A DNA stretch of 64,000 bases, from positions 7,998,001 to 8,062,000 of the forward strand of contig OZ296650.1 of the NCBI GenBank assembly GCA_965655095.1, given 5' to 3'. This DNA comes from Haplodiscus bocki. Lineage: Eukaryota. The notes under the pieces are model-generated. The model saw only the letters and a list, made by a program, of their open reading frames with translations. It was not told where the DNA came from and searched no databases. How positions within the stretch are numbered: position 1 is the first letter of the stretch; each line of letters starts with the position of its first letter. This document shows, piece after piece, positions 26,301 to 40,147 of this stretch. The translations under genes were made by a program, and so were the position numbers.

Positions 26301-29300
26301 ATTTCAGAGTGCGAGCTTCAAGTGCAATAGTCCAATCACGCAGTTTTCATGTCTTTTTTGACCTGTTCGGAGCATTGAAGATCTTCCTGCTCTCAAGGCG
26401 TCGTGTTTGAAGTCTGAACAACATCGAAGATCATGATTACATCAAAAGTTGTATTCAATAATATGGCCGTAGTCAGACACTATCATAGCTGGTCGCTTGA
26501 CTAAAGATTGAATTCAAAACTTCGAAACAGGCAAAGCCACTGAAGCACTGTCTTAGTTGAACCCAGACAATACCTATCGAGTTTTGTCTGTAGTAATCTG
26601 TTCATGTCTGTTTCAGCACTTTCCTGACCCAGTGGCAAGAAAGTAGATCTTCCTGCTTTAAAAGGTTCGTGTTAGAAGTCTGAACATTACTGAAGACCTT
26701 GATTACATCATAAGGTGTTTTCCAACACATCGCCGTAGTCAGACACCAATTTAAACTGAGCGTAGGAAGAAAGAACGAATTTTACTGTTCGTTTCAACAG
26801 AGACCAAAGGAGAACTGGTTTAGTTGAACTCACGCAACTCCTATCGAACTTTATTTGTAGTAATCTGATCATGCCTTTTTTTAACTTTCCTGACCCGGTT
26901 GGGAGAAAACAGTTTTTCTTGCTCTCAAGTGTCAACGTTACATATCTGAATAATTTTGAGGATCATGATAACATCATAAGATAATTTACAACACATCGCT
27001 GTAGTCATACGCTAAGTTAAGTTGACCATATGAATAGATTAGGAACTTAAAGTTTCAATTCAAGAGAGACCGCTGACCACTGGCTTACTTGAACACTGGC
27101 AAAACCTATCGAATTTTGTCTCCAGTAATCTGACTATGCAATTTTCACGAATTTCTTGACCTGGTCCAGCAAACGTCGATCTTATTGCCATGAAGGATTT
27201 GTGTTAGAAGTCTGAACCACTTTGAAGATCCTCATTATATCAAAAGACGTATTCAATTCAAACATTTCGCTGTAGTCAGACACTATCTCAGCCTGTTCGT
27301 TTGATTAAAGAAGGAACTTAAGTCTTCGTAATAAGCAAAACCAGTGAAGCATTGTCTTAGTTGAACTCAGATGTCACAGATCAAGATTAAAGTGCTGTAG
27401 TCCAATCGCTCAAAGTGTACATTTTCCTTGAACTGGTCGGGAGATAAAAGATCATCCTGCTCTCAAAAATTCGTGCAAGAGCTCTAAAGAGCATTGAAGA
27501 TCTCGATCACATTATCAGATGTGTCCAAATACTTCGCCTTAGCAGAATGTTAACTAAGTTTAGGCGTATGATTGAGAACGATCTATAAACTTCGTAATAA
27601 GCGAGACCACTGAAGCAGTCTCTTAATTGAACTGAGACATCACAGAGCAAGTTTTGTTTGCGGTTATCTGATCATGCAAGTTTTACAACTATCTTGACCC
27701 GGTGGGAAGATTTTAGATTTTCGTGCTCTCAAGAGACCGTGTTAGACATTTGAACAACATTGAAGGTCTTGATTACATAATAAGATGTTTTCGCACAAAT
27801 TGGCGTAGTCAGACACCAATTTAACTTGAGCGTAGGAGGAAGGAACGATTTTTACTGTTCTTTTCAAGAGAGACCAAAGAAGCACTGGCTTAGTTGAAAT
27901 CACGCAACAACTATCGAGCTTTATTCGTGGCAAACTGATCATGCAAGTTTTTCAAATTTCTTGAGCTGGTGGGGAGAAAAAAAATTTCTTGCTCTCCAGA
28001 TTCCACGTTACAAATCTAAAAAATTTGAGGATCATTATCACATAATACAATTCTTTCCAACACATCGTTGTAGTCATACACCAACTTAAATTGAGCGTAT
28101 GAAGATACAACAAACTTAACTTCTCGATTCAAGAGAGACCACTCAACCACTGGCTTAGCTGAACGCTGGTCACAACTATCGAGTTTTGTCTCTAGTAATC
28201 TGATTTTGCAGCTTTCACGACTTTCGTGACCTGGTCCGTAGATTGTTGATCTTTCTGCTCTAAAACATTCGTGTTAGAACTCTGAACAACATTGAAGATC
28301 CTGTGTGTGCTCAAATACTTCGCTGCAGTAAGACACTAATTTAGTTCAAGCATCTGATTGAAGATCCAACTACAAAGTTCGTTATAACGAAGGCCACAGA
28401 AGCACTGGCTAAGTTGAACTCAGACAACACGGATCAAGCTTTGTTTGTAGTTAACTGATCATGCAAATTTTAAGTCTTTGCTGACGTGGCTGGCAGAATA
28501 GAGTTTTTCTTGCACTCAAGTTCCGCTTTAGACAACTGAACCTTTTTGAAGATCATGATTACATCCTAAGATGTTTTCCAACACATCGCTGTAGACAGAC
28601 ACCAATTCAACCTGAGCGTAGGAAGAAAGAATGAACTTTAACGTTCGTTTCAAGAGAGACCAAAGAAGTACTGGCTTAGTTGAACTCAGGCAAAATCTAT
28701 CATGTTTTATTAGTAGTAATCTGATCATCCAAATTTCCTGATCTGCTGGACCTGTTAGCTAGATTGAAAATCTTCCCGCTCTCAAGGGATTGCTCTAAAG
28801 TCTGAACAACATTGAGGATCAAGATTACATAATAGGACGTTTTCCTGCAACTCGCCGTAGTCGGACACCAATTTAACTTGAGCGTAGGAAGAAAGAGTGG
28901 ATTTCACTGTTCTTTTCAAGGGAGACCAAAGAAGCACTGGATTATTTGAACTCACGCAACAACTATCGAGCTTTGTTTGTGGTAATCTGACCATGCAAGT
29001 TTTTTAACATTCTAGAGGTGGTGTTGAGAAAAAAAATTTGTTGCTCTCAAGAAACCGCGTCACGTATCTGAACAAATTTGAGGGTCATTGTCACATCTTA
29101 CGATTTTTTCCAACACATCGTTATAGTCACACACCAACCTAACTTGAGCGTATGAAGAAAGAACGAGCTTGAGTTCTCGGTTCAAGAGAGACCACTGAAC
29201 CACTGGCTTAGCTGAACGCTGGCAACAACTATCGAGTTTTGTCTCTAGTAATCTGATTTTGCAATTTTCACGAATTTCGTGACCTGGTCCTTAGATTGAT

Positions 29301-32300
29301 CTTTCTGCTCTAAATTGTTCGTGTTAGAACTCTGAACAACATTGAAGATTTAATTACATCATAAGTTGTATTGAAACACTTCGCCGTAGCCAGACACTCT
29401 CTGAGCATGGTCGTTTGACTAAGAAACGAACTGAAAATTCGTAATAAATAAGACCACAAAAGCAGTGTCTCAGATGAATTCAGAAACCACAGATAAAGCT
29501 TTGTATGCAGTCGTCCAATCATGCCAGTATTGCGATGTTTTTCACCTGTTTATTAGATTGAAGGCCTTCCTGCTCTGAAGCGTTCGTGTTAGAAGTCTGA
29601 ACCACATTAAAGATCCTGATTACATCAAAAGATATTTTCAAACACTTCGTTTTTGTAAGACACCATCTTAGCCTGTTTGTTTGACTAAAGAAGGAACTTA
29701 AGTGTTCGTAATGAAAAATAACAAAGAAGCAGCGTCTTAGTTGAACTCAGACTTCATGCATCGAGTGTTGTATGCAATCGTCCTATCATGCATGTTTATG
29801 AGTTTCTTGATTTGCTCGGGCAATTGAAGATCTTCCTGCTCTCAAAAGTTCTCGTTAACGAATGAATAGCATTTGAGATCCCGATTGCATCATCAGTTGT
29901 GTTCCAATACTTCGCTGTAGAATGACTTTAACATATCTTAAGCGTAGGATTGTAGAACGAACTACAAAATACGTTATAAGCAAGACACCGATAACTGGCT
30001 CAGTTGAACTCAAACAACAAGGATCGAAAAATATAGATCTTGCTGTTCTCAGGGGTTCGTGTTTGAAGCTTGAACAACATTGAAGATAGAAATTACATCA
30101 AAAGATGTGTTGAAAAACTTCGCCGTAGTCAGACACTCCCTTAGCTTGGTCGTTTGACCAAAGAACGAATAGAAAATTTCGCAAAAAGGAAGAACACTGA
30201 AGCACTGATTTAATTGAAAACATAGAAAACTCAGCCAGTCGTGTTTGTAGTATTTTGAATATGAAAGTTCCAGAAAAGTCTTGACCTGGTCGAAAGAATG
30301 TAGATCTTCTGACTCTGTAGAGTTCATGTCAGACGCCTGAATGACCTTGAATATCAACAAAACAAAATAAAATGTGTTCAAACACTTCCCTTTAGTTAGA
30401 TACTAACTTAGTTTTAGCGTATCATTGAAGAACGAAGTTTATTGTTCATTGAAAGTAAAAGCAATGAAGCAATGTATTTCTCAGTTGAACTCAAACATCA
30501 AGGATCGAGTTTTAACTGCAGTCGTCCTAGTACGCAAGTTGTACAATTTTCTTGACCTGGTTGGGAGTATGAAAAATTTCTTGCCTTCAAAAGTTTGCGT
30601 TAGAAATCTGAACAACATTGAGGATCATGGTTTTATCATAGGATGTTTTCCAACACATCGCTGTAGTCAGACACCAACTTAGTTTGACCTTATGAAAAAA
30701 AACGAACGCTACTCTTCGTATCAAGAGAGACCAGTGAACCACTGGCTTAGTTGAACGTTGGCAACAGCTATCGAGTTTTGTCTCTAGTAATCTGATTTTG
30801 CATTTTTCACGAATTTCCTGAAGTGGTCCTTAGAATGTTGATCTTCTTGCTCTGAAGGATTTGTGTTAGAAGTCTGAACGACTTTGAAAATCATGATTAC
30901 ATCAAAAGATGTAGTCAGACATTATCTTGGTCTGTTCGCTTGATTAAAGAAGGAACTTGAGTTTTCGTAGTAAACAAGATCAATGAAGCAGTGTTTTAGT
31001 TGAACTCAGATTTCAGAGTGCGAGCTTCAAGTGCAATAGTCCAATCACGCAGTTTTCATGTCTTTTTTGACCTGTTCGGAGCATTGAAGATCTTCCTGCT
31101 CTCAAGGCGTCGTGTTTGAAGTCTGAACAACATCGAAGATCATGATTACATCAAAAGTTGTATTCAATAATATGGCCGTAGTCAGACACTATCATAGCTG
31201 GTCGCTTGACTAAAGATTAAATTCAAAACTTCGAAACAGGCAAAGCCACTGAAGCACTGTCTTAGTTGAACCCAGACAATAATTATCGAGTTTCGTCTGT
31301 AGTATTCTGTTCATGTCTGTTTCAGCACTTTCCTACTTTCCTGACCCAGTGGCAAGAAAGTAGATCTTCCTGCTTTAAAGGGTTCGTGTTAGAAGTCTGA
31401 ACATTACTGAAGATCTTGATTACATCATAAGCTGCTTTCCAACACATCGCCGTAGTCAGACACCAATTCAAACTGAGCGTAGGAAGAAAGAACGAATTTT
31501 ACTGTTCGTTTCAACAGAGACCAAAGGAGAACTGGTTTAGTTGAATTCACGCAACAACTATGGAGCTTTGTTTGTGGTAATCTGACCATGCAAGTTTTTT
31601 AACATTCTAGAGGTGGTGTTGAGAAAAAAAATTTCTTGCTCTCAAGAGTCCGCGTCACGTATCTGAACAAATTTGAGGGTCATTGTCACATCTTACGATT
31701 TTTTCCAACACATCGTTATAGTCACACACCAACCTAACTTGAGCGTATGAAGAAAGAACGAGCTTGAGTTCTCGGTTCAAGAGAGACCACTGAACCACTG
31801 GATTAGTTGAACGCTGGCAACAACTATCGAGTTTTGTCTCTAGTAATCTGATTTTGCAATTTTCACGAATTTCGTGACCTGGTCCGTAAATTGTTGATCT
31901 TTGTGCTCTAAAAAGTTCGTGTTAGAACTCTGAACAACATTGAAGAATATGATTACATCATAAGTTGTATTGAAACACTTCACCGTAGCCAGACACTCTC
32001 CGAGCATGGTCGTTTGACTAAGGAACGAACTGAAAATTCGTAATAAATAAGACCACAAAAGCAGTGTCTCAGATGAATTCAGAAACCAAAGATAAAGCTT
32101 TGTATGCAGTCGTCCAATCATGCCAGTACTGCGATTTTTTCCACCTGTTTATTAGATTGAAGGCCTTCCTGCTCTGAAGCGTTCGTGTTAGAAGTTTGAA
32201 CCACATTAAAGATCCTGATTACATCAAAAGATATTTTCAAACACTTCGTTTTTGTAAGACACCATCTTAGCCTGTTTGTTTGACTAAAGAAGGAACTTAA

Positions 32301-35300
32301 GTGTTCGTAATGAAAAATAACAAAGAAGCAGCGTCTTAGTTGAACTCAGACTTCATGCATCGAGTGTTGTATGCAATCGTCCTATCATGCATGTTTATGA
32401 GTTTCTTGATTTGCTCGGGCAATTGAAGATCTTCCTGCTCTCAAAAGTTCTCGTTAACGAATGAATAGCATTTGAGATCCCGATTGCATCATCAGTTGTG
32501 TTCCAATAATTCGCTGTAGAATGACTTTAACATATCTTAAGCGTAGGATTGTAGAACGAACTACAAAATACGTTATAAGCAAGACACCGATAACTGGCTC
32601 AGTTGAACTCAAACAACAAGGATCGAAAAATATAGATCTTGTTGTTCTCAGGGGTTCGTGTTTGAAGCTTGAACAACATTGAAGTTAGAAATTACATCAA
32701 AAGATGTGTTGAAAAACTTCGCCGTAGTCAGACACTCCCTTAGCTTGGTCGTTTGACCAAAGAACGAATAGAAAATTTCGCAAAAAGGAAGAACACTGAA
32801 GCACTGTCTTAATTGAAAACATAGAAAACTCAGCCAGTCGTGTTTGTAATAGTCTGAATATGAAAGTTCCAGAAAAGCCTTGACCTGGTCGAAAGAATGT
32901 AGATCTTCTGACTCTGTAGAGTTCATGTCAGACGCCTGAATGACCTTGAATTTCAACAAAACAAAATAAGATGTGTTCAAACACTTCCCTGTAGTTTGAT
33001 ACTAACTTAGTTTTAGCGTATCATTGAAGAACGAAGTTTATTGTTCATTGAAAGTAAAACCATTGAAGCAATGTATTTCTCAGTTGAACTCAAACATCGA
33101 GAATCAAGTTTTAACTGCAGTCGTCCTAGTACGCAAGTTGTACGACTTTCTTGACCTGGTTGGGAGTATGAAAAATTTCTTGCCTTCAAAAGTTTGCGTT
33201 AGAAATCTGAACAACATTGAGGATCATGGTTTTATCATAGGATGTTTTCCAACACATCGCTGTAGTCAGACACCAACTTAGTTTGACCTTATGAAAAAAA
33301 ACGAACGCTACTCTTCGTATCAAGAGTGACCACTGAACCACTGGCTTAGTTGAACGCTGGCAACAACTATCTAGTTTTGTCTCTAGTAATCTAATTTTGC
33401 ATTTTTCACGAACTTCCTGAAGTGGTCCTTAGAATGTTGATCTGTGTTAGAAATCTGAACCACTTTGAAAATCATGATTACATCAAAAGATGTAGTCAGA
33501 CATTATCTTGGTCTGTTCGCTTGATTAAAGAAGGAACTTGAGTTTTCGTAGTAAACAAGATCAATGAAGCAGTGTTTTAGTTGAACTCAGATTTCAGAGT
33601 GCAAGCTTCAAGTGCAATAGTCCAATCAAGCAGTTTTCATGCCTTTTTTGACCTGTTCGGAGCATTGAAGATCTTCCTGCTCTCAAGGCGTCGTGTTTGA
33701 AGTCTGAACAACATCGAAGATCATGATTACATCAAAAGTTGTATTCAATAATATGGCCGTAGTCAGACACAATCATAGCTGGTCGTTTGACTAAAGAACG
33801 AATTCAAAACTTCGAAACAGGCAAAGCCACTGAAGCACTGTCTTAGTTGAACCCAGGCAATACCTATCGAGTTTCGTCTGTAGTAGTCTGTTCATGTTTG
33901 TTTCAGCACTTTCCTGACCCAGTGGCGAGAAAGTAGATCTTCCTGCTCTAAAGGTTTCGTGTTAGAAGTCTGAACATTACTGAAGATCTTGATTACATCA
34001 TAAGGTGTTTTCCAACACATCGCCGTGTTCAGACACCAATTTGAACTGAGCGTAGGAAGAAAGAACGAATTTTACTGTTCGTTTCAAGAGAGACCAAAGG
34101 AGAACTGGTTTAGTTGAACTCACGCAACCCCTATCGAACTTTATTTAAAGTAATCTGATCATGCCTTTTCTTTAACTTTCCTGACCCGGTTGGGAGAAAA
34201 CAGATTTTCTTGCTCTCAAGTGTCAACGTTACACATCTGAATAATTTTGAGGACCATGATAACATCATAAGATGATTTCCAACACATCGCTGTAGTCATA
34301 CGCCAAATCAAGTTGACCATATGAAAAAAAAGATCTTAAAATTTCAATTCAGGAGAGACCACTGAACCACTGGCTTATTTGACACTGGCAAAACTTATCG
34401 ATGTTCCTGCCCTGATGTTGGTCTTCCTGCCCTGAAGGGTTCGTGTTAGAAGTCTGAACCACTTTGAAGATCCTCATTATATCAAAAGACGTAATCAATT
34501 CAAACACTTCGCTGTAGTCAGACACAATCTCAGCCTGTTCTTTTGATTAAAGAAGGAACTTAGGTCTTCGTAATAAGCAAAACCAGTGAAGCAATGTCTT
34601 AGTTGAACTCAGATGTCACAGATCAAGATTTAAGTGCTGTAGACCAATCGCTCAAAGTGTACATTTTCCTTGTTCTGTTCGGGAGATAAAAGATCATCCT
34701 GCTCTCAAAATTTCGTGCAAGAGCTCTGAAGAGCATTGAAAACCTTGATCACATCATCAGATGTGTCCAAATACTTCGCCTTAGCAGGACATTAACTAAG
34801 TTTAAGCGTATGATTGAAGAACGAACTATAAACTTCGTAAAAAAACAAGACCACTGAAGCAGTCTCTTGGTTGAACTGAGACGTCACAGATCAAGTTTTG
34901 TTTGTGATTATCTGATCCTGCAAGTTTTACGACTATCTTGACCCCGTGGGGCGATTTTAGATTTTCTTGCTCTCAAGAGTCCGTGTTAGACATTTGAACA
35001 ACATTGAAGGTCTTGATTACATAATAAGATGTCTTCGCACAAATTGGCGTAGTCAGACACCAATTTAACTTGAGCGTTGGAAGAAGGAACGATTCTTACT
35101 GTTCGTTTCAAGAGAGACCAAACAAGCACTGGCTCAGTTGAACTCACGCAACAACTATCGAGCTTTATTTGTGGTAAACTGATCATGCGAGTTTTTCAAC
35201 TTTCTTGAGCTGGTGGGGAGAACAAAAATTTCTTGCTCTCCAGATTCCACGTTACAAATTTAAAAGAATTTGAGGATCATTATCACATAATACGATTCTT

Positions 35301-38300
35301 TCCAACACATCGCTGTAGTCATACACCAACTTAGCCTGAGCGTATGAAGATAGAACGAATTTAACTTCTCGATTCAAGAGAGACCACTCAACCACCGGCT
35401 TAGTTGAACGCTGGCAACAACTATCGAATTTTGTCTCTAGTAATCTGATTTTGCAATTTTCACGAATTTCGTGACCTGGTCCGTAGATTGTTGATTTTTC
35501 TGCTCTAACACGTTCGTGTTAGAATTCTGAACAACATTGAAGATCCTGTGTGTGCTCAAAAATTTCGCTGCAGTAAGACACTAACCTAGTTCAAGCATCT
35601 GATTGAAGATCCAAATACAAAAATCGTTATAACGAAGGCCACAGAAGCACTGACTAAGTTGAACTCAGCCAACACGGATCAAGCTTTGTTTGTAGTTAAC
35701 TGATCATGCAAGTTTTAAGTCTTTGCTGACCTGGCTGGCAGAATAGAGTTTTTCTTGCTCTCAAGTTCCGCTTTAGGCAACCGCACCTTATTGAAGATCA
35801 TGATTACATCTTAAGATGTTTTGCAACACATCGTTGTAGACAGACACCAATTCAACTTGAGCGTAGGAAGAAAGAATGAACTTTAACGTTCCTTTCAAGA
35901 GAGACCAAAGAAGTATTGGCTTAGCTGAAATCAGGCAAAATCTATCAAGTATTATTAGTAGTATTCTGATCATCCAAATTTCTCCATCTGCTGGACCTGT
36001 TGGCTAGATTGAAATTCTTCCTGCTCTCAAGGGATTGCGCTAAAGTCTGAACAACATTGAGGATCATGATTACATAATAGGACGTTTTCCTGCAAATCGC
36101 CGTAGTCAGACACCAATTTAACTTGGGCGTAGGAAGAAAGAGTGGATTTCACTGTTCGTTTCAAGGGAGACCTAAGAAGCACTGGATTAGTTGAACTCAC
36201 GCAACCACTGTCGAGCTTTGTTTGTGTTAATCTGACCATGCAATTTTGTTAACATTCTAGAGGTGGTGTTGAGAAAAAAAATTTCTTGCTCTCAAGAGTC
36301 CGCGTCACGTATCTGAACAAATTTGAGGATCATTGTCACATGGTGCGATTTTTTCCAACACATCGTTATAGTCACACACCAACCTAACTTGAGCGTATGA
36401 AGAAAGCACGAACTTAAATTCTCGATTCAAGAGAGACCACTGAACCACTGGCTTAGCTGAACGCTGGTCACAACTATCGAGTTTTGTCTCTAGTAATCTG
36501 ATTTTGCATTTTTCACGAATTTCGTGACCTGGTCCGTAGATTGTTGATCTTTGTGCTCTAAAAGGTTCGTGTTAGAACTCGGAACAACACTGAAGATCAA
36601 GATTACATCATAAGTTGCATTGAAACAATTCGCTGTAACCAGACAGTCTCTGAGCATGCTCGTTTGACTAAGGAACGAACTGAAATTTCGTAATAAATAG
36701 GAGCACAAAAGCAGTGTCTTAGATGATTTCAGAAACCACAGTTAGAGCTTTGTATGCAGTCGTCCAACCATGCCAGTATTGCGATTTTTTTCACCTGTTT
36801 TTTAGATTGAAGGTCTTCCTGCTCTGAAGCGTTCGTGTTAAAAGTCTGAACCACATTAAAGATCCTGATTACATCAAAAGATGTTTTCAAGCACTTCGTT
36901 TTTGTAAGACACCATCTTAGCCTGTTTGTTTGACTAAAGAAGGAAATTAAGTGTTCGTATTGAAAAATAACAAAGAAGCAGCGTCTTAGTTGAACTCAGA
37001 CTTCATGCATCGAGTGTTGTATGCAATCGTCCTATCATGCATGTTTATGAGTTTCTTGATCTGCTCGGGAAATTGAAGATCTTCCTGCTCTCAAAAGTTC
37101 TTGTTAACTAATGAATAACATTTTAGATCCGGATTACATCATCAGTTGTGTTCAAATACTTCGCTGTAGAATGACTTTAACAAATCTTAAGCGTAGGATT
37201 GTAGAACGAACTATAAAATACCTTATTAGCAAGACACCGATAAATTGGCTCAGTTGAACTCAAACAACAAGGATCGAGTTCCGTTTGTGGTTACCTGATA
37301 ATGCATGCTTTAGAATTTCAAGACCTGATCGGGAAAATGTAGATCTGCTTGTTCTCAGGGGTTCGTGTTTGAAGCTTGAACAACATTGAAGATAGAAATT
37401 ACATCGAAAGATGTGTTCAAAAACTTCGCCGTAGTCAGACACTCCCTTAGCTTGGTCGATTGACCAAAGAACGAATAGAAAAATTCGCAAAAAGCTAGAA
37501 CACTGAAGCACTATCTTAATTGAAAGCATGAAAAACTCAGCCAGTCGTGTTTGTAGTATTCTGAATATGAAAGTTCCAGAAAAATCTTGACCTGGTCGAG
37601 AGAATGTAGATCTTCTGATCTGTAGAGTTCATGTCAGACATCTGAAGGACGTTAAATATTAAAAACACATAGTAGGATGTGTTCAAACACTTCCCTGTAG
37701 TTAGAAACTAACTGAGTTTTAGCGTATCATTGAAGAACGAAGTATATTGTTGGTTGAAAGTAAAACCTCTGAAGCAATGTATTTCTCAATTCAAACTCAA
37801 ACATCAAGGATCGAGTCCTAACTGCAGTCGTCCTAACACGCCAGTTGTTCAATTTCTTGATCTGGTTGGAGGTATAGAAAATTTCTTGCTTTCAAAAGTT
37901 CGCGTTAGACATCTGAACAACATTGAGGATCATGATTTTGTCATAGGATTTTTTCCAACACATCGCTGTAGTCAGGCACCAACTTAGTTTGACCTTATGA
38001 AAAAAAGTAACGCTACTCCTCGTATCAAGAGAGACCACTGAACCACTGGCTTAGTTGAACACTGGCTACGCCTATCGAATTCTGCGACTAGTAATATAAA
38101 TATGCAATTTTCACGAATTTCCTGAGGTGGTCCTGAGAATATTGATCTTCCTGCTCTGTAGGGTTCGTGTTAGAAGTCTGAAACACTTTGAAGATCATGA
38201 TTACATCAAAAGGTGTATTCAAACACTTCGCTAGAGTCAGACATTATCTTAGCCTGATCGCTTGATTAAAGAAGGAACTTGAGTATTCGTAATAAACAAG

Positions 38301-40147
38301 ATCAAGGACGCAGTGTCTTATTTGAACTCAGATTTCAAAGTGCGAGTTTTAGGCGCAGTAGTCCAATCACGCAGTTTTCATGTGTTTTTTGACCTGTTCA
38401 GAAGGTTGAACATCTTTCTGTTCTCAAGGCGTCGTGTTTGAAGTCTGAACAACATCGAAGATCATGATTACATCAAAAGTTGTATTCAATAATATTGCCG
38501 TAGTCAGACACTAACATAGCTGATCGTTTGACTAAAGAACGAATTCAAAACCTCGAAACAGGCAAAACCACTGAAGCACTGTCTTAGTTGAACCCAGACA
38601 ACACCTATCGAGTTTCGTCTGTAGTAACCTGTTCATGTTCGTTTCAGCACTTTCCTGACCCAGTGGGGAGAAAGTACATGTTCCGGCTCTAAAGGGTTCG
38701 TGTTAGAAGTCTGAACAACACTGAAGATCTTGATTACATCATAAGGTGTTTTCCAACACAACGCCGTTGTCAGACACTGATTTAAACTGAATGTAGGAAG
38801 AAAGAACGATTTCTACTGTTCGTTTCAAGAGAGACCAAAGAAAAACTGGTTTAATTGAACTCACGCAACCCCTATCGAACTTTATTTGTGGTAATCTGAT
38901 CAAGCCTTCTTTTTTTAACTTTCCTGACCCGGTTGGGAAAAATTGATTTTCTTGCTCTCAAGTGTTAACGTTACACATCTGAATAACTTTGAGGATCGTG
39001 ATAACATCATAAGATGTTTTTCAACACATCGCTGTAGTCATACACCAACCTAAGTTGACCATTTGACAAAATTAAGAACTTAGGTTTCAATTCAAGAGAG
39101 ACCACTGAACCACTGGCTTATTTGAACACTGGCAAAACCTATCGAATTTTGTCTCTAATAATCTAGCGAACGTTGCTCTTCCTGCACTGAAAGATTCGTG
39201 TTAGAAGTCTGAACCACTCTGAAGATCCTCATTACATTAAAAGACGTATTCAAACACTTCGCTGTAGTCAGACACTATCTTAGCCTGTTTGTTTGATAAA
39301 AGAAGGATTTTAAGTCTTCGTGATAAACAAAACCAGTGAAGCATTGTCTTAGTTGAACTCAGATATCACAGATCAAGCTTTAAGTCCTGTAGTCCAATCG
39401 TTCAAAGTGTACATTTTCCTTCACCTGGCCGGGAGATAAAAGATCATCCTGCTCTCAAAAATTCGTGCAAGAGCTCTGAAGAGCATTGAAAATCTTGATC
39501 ACATCACCAGATGTGTCCAGAAACCTCGCCCTAGCAGGACGTTAACTAAGTCTAAGCGTATGATTGAAGAACGAACTATAAACTTCGTAATAAGCAAGAC
39601 CACCGAAGCAGTCTCTTGGTTGAACTGAGACATCACAGATCAAGTTTTGTTTGTGATTATCTGGTCATGCAAGTTTTACGACTATCTTGACCCGGTGGGG
39701 CGGTTTTAGATTTTCTTGCTCTCAAGAGTCCGTGTTAGACATTTGAACAACATTGAAGGTCTTGATTACATAATAAGATGTTTTCGCACAAATTGGCGTA
39801 GTCAGACACCAATTTAACTTGAGCGTAGGAAGAAGGAACGATTTTCACTGTTCGTTTCAAGAGAGACCAAAGAAGCACTGGCTTAGTTGAACTCACGCAA
39901 CAACTATCGAGCTTTATTTGTGGTAAACTGATCATGCGGGTTTTTCAACTTTCTTGAGCTGGTGGGGAGAACAAAAATTTCTTGCTCTCCAGATTCCACT
40001 TTACAAATTTAAAAAAATTTGAGGATCATTATCACATAATACGATTCTTTCCAACACAACGTTGTAGTCATACACCAACTTAACTTGAGCGTGTGAAGAG
40101 AGAGCGAACTAAAATTCTCGATTCAAGAGAGACCACTGAACCACTGG
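23386..40147. repeat. 18-monomer HOR (~4.75 kb), three copies; the second is expanded to 28 monomers by an internal duplication
   Basis: The same subtype order G-A-B-H-G'-D-M-N-O-P-Q-R-S-I-J-K-L-T starts at ~23386, ~28154 and ~35399. ORF offsets are 4769 (24013/28782), 7245 (28782/36027), 7244 (27742/34986) and 4749 (34986/39735). Confidence 0.9.
28950..34130. repeat. 10-monomer tandem duplication (~2599 bp) inside the second 18-mer
   Basis: ORF pairs 30049/32648 and 30425/33024 are offset by 2599. Both copies share a private ~56-bp deletion (GGATCGAAAAATATAGATC at ~30021 and ~32620). Confidence 0.9.
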
